A stretch of DNA of 64,000 nucleotides. Origin: Felis catus (lineage: Eukaryota). Location: the NCBI RefSeq assembly GCF_018350175.1, contig NC_058368.1, positions 47,246,001-47,310,000 on the forward strand, in the 5' to 3' direction. The notes beneath the pieces were generated by a model, which was given only the letters and a program-made list of their open reading frames with translations, was not told where the DNA came from and searched no databases. Numbering within the stretch: position 1 is the stretch's first letter; the number at the start of each line of letters is the position of its first letter. The position numbers and the translations under genes are program-made. Shown here in pieces: positions 54,046-64,000 of the stretch.

Positions 54046-55847
54046 CTTATTATAATAGAATATAATTAATTAAAATAACCAGAAATCAATTGAAAATTGG
54101 TTCAAAAACAAATTAGTAAAAGCATGGAAATTTAAAAATAAGGCAGAACATTTTGAACGGTTTTACTAGTTTGACCTCATCTCCCTTTTCCTCCAACATA
54201 AAATAACAACAACAAAAAATCTTTGTATATTGGTAAAAAGTATTTTATTGGCATGTGAATAGTTGCGAATTTAATTGTTTATTGGAACTTTTAAACTTTG
54301 AGAGATGTTTTCTTAAACTATGTAAATGTATAAAACATAGTGATAATAGTAAAATTAATAATATCAAGTACTGAGACATCTATCAGCTGTGTCTTCCCAA
54401 ATATATATCAAGAGAAAATGGGCTCAAGTAAAATCTTATGAAAAGTTCTTATTGAATAGAAGCAAAAACATGTTAACACCATGTAAAAATCATGGGATGA
54501 GCTTGTAAGAGGTTACAAAATGCCTTTTTCTGGAAACTTACTCCCAATTTTTTTTTCATTAAATACTTATTCTTCTGAAAGTAAAAGGTCTGGCCAAATG
54601 ATTGTTCTAAGATTTCTCAGAAATGAATCTATTATCTTCTTTTTTGTTTTTATTTGTGTGTGCATATGTGTGTATGTGTACATGGACTGAATGAATCCTA
54701 GTATTTTTCAATATTTATATTGTTCTGAAAAGTTATATATGTACTAAATATCTTACTAAAGGTTTATTTCTATGAATTGAGTTTTAAATCTCTTGGTCGA
54801 CTTTCCAACCATGATTATGCACAATGATCCAATTACATAGTTTATGAGTTAATTTATTAACATTAATTATTGTTCATGTAAAGCTAGAAAATGGGATCTT
54901 GAAAACACTAAGTTTAAATATAATATCACAGACCCAATATTTCAACAGTAACATGAATCAGGTAATAAATAGCTCCCTTTGATCATTGTTTTTAAAGTCT
55001 CTTGAACCATGCTTTGATTAGTTCTATTTAATATTTAACATCTGGTTAGTCAATTTCAATCTGCAGGAAACACTGCTGGAAAAATTCTATGCTGACTAAA
55101 TACATTTATAATACTACAAAGCTGACATGTAATTGATTTTAGTTCCCATAAAAGGATTATGTTAACTTTCCTTAATCTATATATTTGTATTTTGTGCAGT
55201 CTAGTGAATTCACACCAGAGATGCTAAATTTTTATTTCTTATCAATATTTTATGTAAAATTGATAGGATTATATTTTAGTCTAAGTACCACTTTCCAATT
55301 TTTCCCCTGAAAAGAAAATAACATACTAAAAACTATGACTGCACAACTGTAGTGCTAATACTCCAGGCTGACTGGCTGGGCACAGTACTTCTAGTTATCA
55401 AAAGGCATATGGTAGTGAAACATTTTCTCTAGGCTATCTGACCGCAGAGAGATTTTTAGATTAAAAAAAAAAAAGATGTAAAAGTTTTTACTTCCCATAG
55501 CTTTGGGTTTGTTTGTTTTTTTAAGTATTATTTAATTTAGGAAATTAAGAATTTTCTCATCATTAAATAAAGGGTAGTGATGTTTGCAAAGATTTGTTAA
55601 AGCCATTATTTTGATTTTTGGTCATATATTATTTTACATTATTGCATATTAAAATATAGAAGCATGCCAAATTTATAAATAATATCCATTTCCAAGGAGG
55701 CTATAGATTTTATAAGCCAGAAATTTTGATTATCTTTTTAACACTAACTTAAATGACAGAGAAGTTAATTTTTTTAGATATATAAAAATACACGTTTTCT
55801 ACTTGGTTTCAAATACTCAATCTGTTGAAATTGGCAAGCTTTCTTTT

Positions 55848-56078
55848 CTTTAGTGTTTATTTATTTACTTTGAGACAGAGTAGTATTGTGAAGGCAGACT
55901 ATTGGAAGATGAATAAGCAGGAGAGGGGCAGAGAGAGAAGGAGAGAGAGAATCCCACACAGGCTCCGCACTGTCAGCGTAGAGCCCGACTTAGGGCTCAA
56001 ACTCACGAGCCATGAGATCATGATCTGAGCCAAAATTAAGAGTCGGACACTTAACCAACTAAGCCACCGAGGTGCCCC
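55848..56078 (-). mobile_element. Can-SINE carrying a 30-nt foreign segment
   Basis: aagccaccgaggtgcccc terminus; TSD approximately ttggcaagcttttctttt / ttgccaggcttttctttt. Confidence 0.9.
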
Positions 56079-56714
56079 TTGCCAGGCTTTCTTTTCATTT
56101 CAGAATTCAGGTTCTCCTCTGTATATCGGGTGAGGAAAAATCACAAAGTGATGGAAGAATTATGAAGACAATGTTCAAATTTCAAGTCTTTCTCTAACAT
56201 TGTCTACATAATATCTACTATTATAATTGTAACAAGTTCAAAAGGTACTACAGTATGGGAAAGAGAAATATTTAAAACTATACCAAAAGAAAAATAAATC
56301 TTTTCTTTCTAAAGAAAAAGTCAATAAAGATGGCAATCTCTGGTAATAAATACACTAAAAGAAATAAATAAATAAAGATCTTCCTGCAATTACGATGGTT
56401 GGTTGTCTCAATTCTACCCAGGTTTTCCACAGATTTGCAATAAACCATGTCTTTCACAGCCTCTTGGCTATTCACAGCGCTTGGACCAGTACTGAGTCAA
56501 TGCTTGAATAATAAATACTAATAAATAAATATTGTGCTTGATAAATACTAATAGAGTACAGTGAAAGCTCGTATATAGCAAGTGATTCTTTCTAAAATGC
56601 ACATAGTAAGAGCTAACTTAAAGAGGGTTAACAAGTATGTGTTGTCCAGATTCAGCATTTGCTTTCCTCTAATATAATTAAACTATGTTGCTAAAATAAA
56701 ATCGGTTTTTGTTG

Positions 56715-57135
56715 TAAGAACTTTGGCTTTTACTCTGAGTGAAACGGGAAGCCTTGGAGAGCTTGAGCCAAGAAATGACATCATGTGGTAAATGTTTTTC
56801 GCTGTGGCTGCTGCACTGAGAACAGACTGAAAGATGCACATGTGAAAGGGGAGAGATCAGTTGGGAAGCTAACACAATCTTGGCAAACGATGATGGGGAC
56901 TTGGACCAGAGATGGAGTGAAGAAATTGAAAAGAGGCTGGATTCTGCACACACATTTTGAAGGTAGGGCCAAAGTATTTGCTCACAAGAGAAGATGTGGT
57001 CCAAAAGAGACAAAAGGGTTGAGAATGAGTTCGAGGACTTTGATCCAAGTGCATAGGAAGATGGAGTCAGAGGTGCTTGTTAGACACCAAGTAGAGGCTG
57101 AAAAGGCATTTAGACATATGGGCATGGAGCAGAGG
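56715..57135 (-). mobile_element. L2 LINE relic
   Basis: gaactttggcttttactctgagtgaaacgggaagccttggagag...gatgatggggacttggaccag. Confidence 0.75.
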
Positions 57136-57633
57136 GAGCCAACAGCGAACATGAAGATTATTAGACACTAAGCTCTGTGGCATTTCACTCTTCTTGAAAT
57201 ATTACTGTCATGCCTCGGGCAAAGGTTATTCCTTATGACCAGAAAGCTTACAATTGCTCAAAACTCGGAGACTTGGAAGGACACTACATTCGTCTTAAAC
57301 CATAATGATTGTCAATTCAAGTCCTAGTGCAACTGTCACCTAATGTATTGGTGCTCAGGAACCCCAAAACAGAATAGGTGTTTTTATGTAGTTACATTCC
57401 TTCTGACATCTTGTGGGATTTTCTGGAAGTGTATAAAACAGCAAATACATTTGTTGTAATTCCATTCCATTTTAACAATATTTATTGAGCATTTGTGATG
57501 GGATGGTTGCCAAGGGACTTACAAATTAAATAGAAATCCCATAAATTTTGTAAAAATATAAAATATTATGGCTCTCGAGATACCTATATTCTAAAGGGGA
57601 AATATACACAAAATAGGAGATATGCTTCGAAGG

Positions 57634-57775
57634 CACTGGTTCTTAAACTTTAATATGCATAACAATCCCTGCACTCAACCCTGGGGATTTTTTTTTGCGA
57701 AGTCTGGCCAGGGGCCTAGTATTTTAACAAAATTCCATGTTATTCTATTGAAGATAGTCTGTGACTCTAAGTAAT
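57634..57775. mobile_element. MER5-like hAT MITE relic
   Basis: cactggttcttaaactttaatatgcataacaatc...attttaacaaa. Confidence 0.5.
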
Positions 57776-58314
57776 GATACTTTTAAATGTACTAAATGAA
57801 AATTATCCTTATTTATTTGTAATGTTTTATGTCTAACCTAGATATAAAGTGGGGTCGGCCTATCCCTTGAGACACAGATAAATTGACTCAAATTCCGAAA
57901 CCTGGCCCTATTGACATCTGAAAATACCGTAAAGCTTTCTGCATATTCTGGGGAAGCAAATTTTTAGTCTTATGCTCAATTCTGCCTCTCAGATACCTGC
58001 TTCTATAGATACTGTTTCCTTTCTGCACAGTTTTTACAATGATGAGAACCTCCCCCCCACCCCCACCATCCTGTTCTATACACACACACACAGCCTTAAT
58101 AAACAGAATAGATTTTACTAAAGTTGCCTGGGGAAGAGTTGAGACAAAGAAGAGCAGACATTGTAAAATAGAATTAATTTCAAATTCAGCATTAGAAATC
58201 ATGTACCCCACTCTCATGCATGAGTCAGAAACTTTACAGACTCTAAGTTTTGCTATAATTATACGACGCAATATATTTAAAGAAGCAACGAGTGATATTT
58301 AAAAGTACTGTGTT

Positions 58315-58542
58315 GGGGTGCCTGGGTGGCTCAGTCGGTTGGGCGTCCAACTTCGGCTGAGGTCACGATCTCGCGGTCCGTGAGTTCGAGCCCTGCGTCG
58401 GGCTCTGTGATGACAGCCTGGACCCTGCTTCTGATTTTGTGTCTCCCTCTCTCTGGCCCTCCCCCGATCACACTCTGTCTCACTCTCTCTCTCAAAAATA
58501 AATAATAAAACATTAAAGTAAATAAATAAATAAATAAAAATG
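58315..58542 (+). mobile_element. Can-SINE
   Basis: CpG-rich head; TSD aaagtactgtgtt. Confidence 0.94.
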
Positions 58543-59217
58543 AAAGTACTGTGTTGTGGAGACAATGAAATATCACATCATTCTCCAGAATTCTCCCTTA
58601 TTAAGTTAATAGAAACAGGGGCTATTGTGATTTCCTGGTCTTGAAAACTAGATGACATTTTAGGACCTTTCTATCCCTCAGCTTCTTTGATTCTATGGTT
58701 AGTTATTACTGTTTGCTTAGAACTTTTCTCTAAGGCTCCCTAAAACAATGTATTTACATATGATATCCACTCAGCTTGAAATCTGCAGTAGTAAGCAGTT
58801 CATTTAAAATTTTGGGACCTAAGAGACTAAACGGGAAGTCAGAGGGGCTGTCTGTTATGGAATTGCTAAATCAACATAGGATAATTTCAGAAGCTTGTCA
58901 GAGAACTCTATACATAGAATACCCACTGCAGCCTAATTTACAGGACCCATGGCAAGGGAGAAAATGTCTCCAGACTCCTCTCTTTGGTATGGATAATGCC
59001 TCACCCTGATTCAAAAAGCAATATAAAGTTATACTGTACATAAAAATATAAACACTCCAGCTACATAATCAAATTCAGTTATACATTAGTGATCTCCACA
59101 ATGTGCTGATGTGTTATTACTCTTGAGGTGATGAGACAGAGCAGAAAAAAAGAGGAATCATGGGAACAGGCTCCACAGAGAGGCAGAGATTTAAAGCAAG
59201 GAAATGATGGGTACATT

Positions 59218-59414
59218 TAAAAAAATTTTTTTAATTCATTATTTTTGACAGGAGTGAGCAGGGAAGGAGCAGAGAGAGAGGGAGAGAGAGAGGATCCAAA
59301 GCAGGCTTTGTGCTGACAGCAGAGAGCCCAATGCAGGGCTTGAACTCACAAACTCTAAGATCATGACCTGGGCCAAAACCAGACATTTAAGTGACTGAGC
59401 CTCTCAGGTGTCCC
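59218..59414 (-). mobile_element. Can-SINE
   Basis: gactgagcctctcaggtgtccc terminus; TSD tgggtacat. Confidence 0.9.
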
Positions 59415-59779
59415 TGGGTACATATTTTTAAAGACAAATGGAGACATTAAGCATGAAAGCTGGTGAAGAATGACAAGGATATTTACCTGATTGAAGAGCG
59501 TGCCCACCTGCGTATTATTGACAATGAGGGTAGATAGTTTGGATGGATGCAGTGGCGCATGAGGAACGTTAGAGGTTTAATTTTAAGCTCATGATTAGGA
59601 ATTTGAAGATGATCATTGGAGGCTTTGGGAGGGGGGGGATTCAAAATTGAAAACGGAATTACTTGACTTAAAGAAGAAAGTTGAATAGTAGTATAAAGGC
59701 AGACGACTGGAAGATGTAAGTGCCTCAGTAAGTAAGTCAGATGGGTAATAAATGAATACAAGATTATTGCAGTTGTCCA

Positions 59780-60035
59780 TATAACAAAAATAACCAAAGC
59801 TTACTGAGAGCTTACCATGTGCCAAGCATAATTATAAGTAGCTTAACATGTATTAACTTACTTATTTCTCCCTACAGCCTGTTTAGCTAGATATCACTAA
59901 TATACCCATTTTAAAGATGAAGAACTTGAGGCACAGGGTGGCTAAATAACACAGCCAAGTTTGCAATTTATCTATAATGAAACTCACATCTGAACCCAAG
60001 CACTTTGGCTACTGAATCCGGTCTCTCAGTCACTC
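59780..60035 (-). mobile_element. MIR SINE
   Basis: tactgagagcttaccatgtgccaagca...cccattttaaagatgaagaacttgaggcacag. Confidence 0.78.
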
Positions 60036-60389
60036 AGCAGGGGTGCCTAGAGATATGAAGAAAAAGAAAAAGAAAAGAAAGGTGATTAAAAAACACCAAG
60101 AAAGAGCTGCAAGAATTTAGGGGGCAAAGAGAGAAAGGAAGCAAAAGTGAATCCCAAGTTTCCAGCATAAGGAACAGGAAGGATTGATAGTGTGTTTGAT
60201 AACTATTTAAGTTTTAAAAGTGTATTAGTGACACAATAATAGAGAGAGGTGATGATGTATTTGCCAATCAATACATGAACATCATTTCTTTTAATGTAAG
60301 GAATTTTCCACATTGAGAAAAAAATAGATTAGGAGTTGATTGTACCTCTTAGTAGCTATATTTAAAGCATCACAGCTATTTTTCATGTG

Positions 60390-60630
60390 AGATAATACTC
60401 TGTATTTATGTAGCACCTTTCTTCTAAGGAGCTCAAAGCATTTTACCACAATGCATTACCTTATTCATCCTCATAACATCCCCTTTTAAGAAAGGAAGTG
60501 TCAAGTATAATGACCACAATTTTACAGATGGGAACACTGAGACAAATGGAGCTAGTGACTTGCCAAGATCATAGAAACCCCTGTAGCAAAATTAGGTGTA
60601 GAACTTGGGCTTTCTTTAGTTCAAAATCCT
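60390..60630 (-). mobile_element. Ancient MIR3/MIR-like SINE
   Basis: tatttatgtagcacctttc...gagctcaaagcatttta...attttacagatgggaacactgagac...gtgacttgccaagatcat. Confidence 0.7.
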
Positions 60631-60989
60631 TTCCAATCTCTTCTTAATAATATGTCTCAAATTTGTCTGAAATGTTGGCGAATTTATCTATAAATTAGCA
60701 TATTTAGAATCATGTTATAATCTAGTATCACCTGAGAGGTGTGCATCGTGAATTTGGTATTTTGTAATTGAGTAAATCTATAAAATGGTAAAAATCAATG
60801 CTTCATTCTTAAAAAAAAAAAAAAGTCAAAACTCTCCTCTTCAATTAGGCATTTCCTATGCTTGGCTTTAACCCTAAAGTTTTGCTAAGATGTAAATCTT
60901 GTAAATCCTCAGAAAGTGCTGCCTTACACTTGAAGAAGTTTTAGTATATAAAAGCCCCAAATTATCAGTAAATGATTTTTAAAAGGACA

Positions 60990-61036
60990 ACACACACATT
61001 CACGCATATGCACACACACACACACACGCATACATA
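60990..61036. repeat. (CA)n microsatellite
   Basis: Directly visible. Confidence 0.9.
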
Positions 61037-61941
61037 CACACATATGCACACACACTCAGAGGTGATGGTAACATAGCAAAAAAAAAAAAAAAATCAAGAA
61101 ATCTCTTTAAAGAAAATTAAGTACTTTCTTTCTCCTGATACTAAAGGGACAAACAACACCTTTAACTCTTGGGAAATATTTTAAAACTCAAAATAGGTTA
61201 CTGCTGACTTCTACATATTAACTATAAGTTCTATCTCATTTTTTTAATTTCACTTCCTTATAAATGCAGTGCAAAATTAGTTTATAATCATATCCTTAGT
61301 TGTTCGGGTGTTAAAGAGAGAGAAGGCAAACAAAGTGTTGACTTAATTTTTTTAAAAAAGAGTTAATAGAATATATTCATTGTCAGATCCTTTAACAAAA
61401 TCCTTATGTGCGCTGGTGGGTGGAACACAGTATTGGATACAAGCAGGGCTATATTCAGCAAAGCAATCTAAGATCAAAGGCTCAATCACCAGCTTACACA
61501 ATTTAAGGCAGGTATGCATTTTACTTTTCCTCCTTAAGTTGCACATGCTCGGCTCTTAAAATGTGTAAAGCCCTTTAGAAATTCTACCCCAGCTGGTCAG
61601 GGTATTCCAGTTGAAAAAAGGAACTAGAACCACTTTCTCAATGACAATCCACGAAAAGAACAAAAATGATGAAAAACAAATGATGTACAACAACATGCCA
61701 GAAATTATATCACATCAGATTCATCATTATCCCCAAAGTTGAAGAATTATTTGGGGAGCTAAGTTGTATTTCACGTTTATACCATTGTCCATAACAAGTA
61801 GAAGGCCTTAGAAGATGTTTTTATGTTTTATGATTTTTTGTGCTGCAAGATTGCCATTAACAACGGCTATTAACATTCATAAACAATGGTCAATGATTTC
61901 CTAAATAAAAGTTTAAATTCTGAATAATCAACGTGAACTCT

Positions 61942-62161
61942 CTTTTTTTTTTATTTTTTTTAATCTTTATTTATTTTAGAGAGAGACACACAGAGTGTGG
62001 GCGGGGGAGGAACAGAGAGGGAGGGAGACACAGAATCCAAAGCTGGCTCCGGGCTCCGAGCTGTCAGCACAGAGCCCATCACAGAGCTCGAACCCATGAA
62101 CCGTGAGATCATGACCTGAGCCAAAGTCAGACGCTTAACTGACTGAGCCACCCAGGTGCCC
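61942..62161 (-). mobile_element. Can-SINE
   Basis: gagccacccaggtgccc terminus; TSD tcaacgtgaa / tcaatgtgaa. Confidence 0.93.
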
Positions 62162-62744
62162 TTCAATGTGAATTTTCTGAATGACTTCAATTACTATTAT
62201 TATGCTTGGTGTTTTATAAAATGCCAAATCTGGTAGTCTCAAAATTGACACTAACAAAAAGTAGTTCTTTTATTAACACAATGTAAGTTTACACATTTAT
62301 TCAACAAACATTTATTGAACACTTGTTATGGATCGAGCACTGTTGAGAGCAATGGGGTAAAACAATGAACAAAAAAACAAGGCACTGCATTCACAGTGGT
62401 CACACTTCAGAGTGAGAAGACAGAAAATAATTCTTAACCAATTAAATAATTACAACATGTAATATACCTAGTGGTGGTAATGGCTGAAAAGAAAAGCCAG
62501 CTGCTGAGGAGTCAGAGTGTAGCGGAGGATGAAATGTGTAGCAGAACATTATATCTTTGTGTTTCTTGAATTAAGCCAAATGTGGAAACTACCTAAGAAA
62601 ACCCAAAAAGAAAAAATTATGTATTATCCCTTGCTCTATTAGAGTACCCAGGAAAGATCCAATATAGTTGGAAAAACACATCTGTTTTGCTATGTTGGCA
62701 GTTTCTGGGATTTATTCCACATGAAGATGATGAGCATTCTGTCT

Positions 62745-63640
62745 TTTCATTCATTCCATAAAAGTCCACTGAGGACCTACCATATACAAAGCCATATGTT
62801 CAGGAGTGTAGGTGGTGAGTAAGATCTAGATTTTGTCCTCAAAGAAATGTTCTGTCATGGTAAAAGGAATGAATTTGAGCTTTATGGGTGACCTAAATGC
62901 TACCAAAACTACAGAAAGCTGAATTAATCTCGCATAAAGCATTAAGAGAAGCTGCATAAAGAAAGTGACATCTGAGCGCAACTACAGAGAATGGGAAGGA
63001 TTTAGGCAGAAAGAGCAAGATGAGCAGAAGTGTGCAGGAGAAAAGCTGTGTCATCTCTGTGGGATCTGAAGCACAGGAAGTGGCTGGAGAGGGGGCTGAA
63101 AAAGTACATTGAGGACAGATCCGGGAAGGACGTGAAGTTAAAACGTGCGAGTTTTAAACTTTATCCTGTAGGTAATTGTGATCCACTGAATATTTTCGAG
63201 TTTTGAGCCAACAAAATAAACTATCAGATTCGGGTTAGAAAGATGTCTTAGGGGGCGCCTGGGTGGCTCAGTCTGTTAAGCATCTGACTTCGACTCAGGT
63301 CATGATCTCCAGGTTCGTGGGTTTGAGCCCCACATCAGGCTCTGTCCTGACAGCTCAGAACCTGGAGCCTGCTTTGGATTCTGTTGTTTCCCTCTGTCTC
63401 TACCTCTCCCCCACTCATGCTTGCTCGCTCTCTCTCTCTCTCTCTCTCTCAAAAATAAATAAACATTTAAAAAATTTGTGAAAAAAAAAGAAAGATGTTT
63501 CATGCAGCAAGGTAAAGGAAGAATAGAAAATGGAAAACAATGAAGTTAGAATGAAGGTTAGCGCTTGCAACAGTCTCCTGGGAAATGAAAAGGGTCTAAA
63601 TGAAAACAGGAGAAATAGGAGCTGAGAAGTCTGGATGGCT
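62745..63640 (-). mobile_element. L2 LINE relic interrupted by a Can-SINE
   Basis: ttcattcattcc...ctgaggacctacca...gagttttaaactttatcctgtaggtaat. Confidence 0.65.
63252..63488 (+). mobile_element. Can-SINE
   Basis: ggggcgcctgggtggctcag head; TSD agaaagatgt. Confidence 0.94.
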
Positions 63641-63654
63641 AAATTAGACCTTTT

Positions 63655-63856
63655 TTTTTTTTTTTTAATGTTTAATTTTTGAGACAGAGCATGAATGGGG
63701 GAGGGTCAGAGAGACAGGGAGAGACAGAATCTGAAACAGGCTCCAGGCTCTGAGCTGTCAGCATAGAGCCCGACACGGGGCTCGAACTCATGGACCATAA
63801 CATCATGACCTGAGCTGAAGTCGGACGCTTAACCGACTGAGCCACCCATACGCCCT
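63655..63856 (-). mobile_element. Can-SINE
   Basis: Reverse-complement SINE; TSD tagaccttttt. Confidence 0.93.
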
Positions 63857-64000
63857 TAAGATAGACCTTTTTATCTGGCAAACATTTTTACCTTGGCAAC
63901 CAAGCTTTGGAGCATGGAGTGGTGGAGAAGTCTACTTATACACGTGAACAAGCCTTCCAAATCAGAAGTGGAATAAGTAAGCACCTCAATTTTTTTTTCT

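Noticed and set aside
61387..61511. Possible + strand exon (cag|AT CCT TTA...AGG CAG|gtatgc; DPLTKSLCALVGGTQYWIQAGLYSAKQSKIKGSITSLHNLRQ)
   Set aside because: Weak pyrimidine tract, unrecognised peptide and no partner exons; cannot be supported without RNA-seq or conservation data.

Overview
This is mammalian nuclear DNA, almost certainly a felid or feliform carnivore: about 30 tRNA-derived Can-SINEs are present, and many carry the feliform-type 'ctgtgctgacagctcagagcctggagcctg' segment. The window is repeat-rich non-coding sequence, either a large intron or intergenic DNA. It contains Can-SINEs, carnivore and older L1 fragments, MIR and L2 relics, MLT1/ERVL solo LTRs and microsatellites. I find no intact protein-coding gene, and nearly all ORFs in the track are read-through of repeats. 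The two clearest non-routine elements are (1) a PTGR1 processed pseudogene (50663-51606, minus strand) with a 14-bp target-site duplication (TSD) and a large internal deletion, and (2) a near-full-length ancient LF-SINE (20153-20567, minus strand). The LF-SINE lies in a CpG-retaining, enhancer-like block flanked by two divergent CTCF-like motifs. A decayed acidic coding-like segment at about 27.65-28.26 kb may be a hAT transposase fossil. I see no evidence of a wholly new biological system; the best candidate for hidden function is the LF-SINE/enhancer block at about 19-21 kb. Repeat family names come from recalled consensus sequences, not from a database search.
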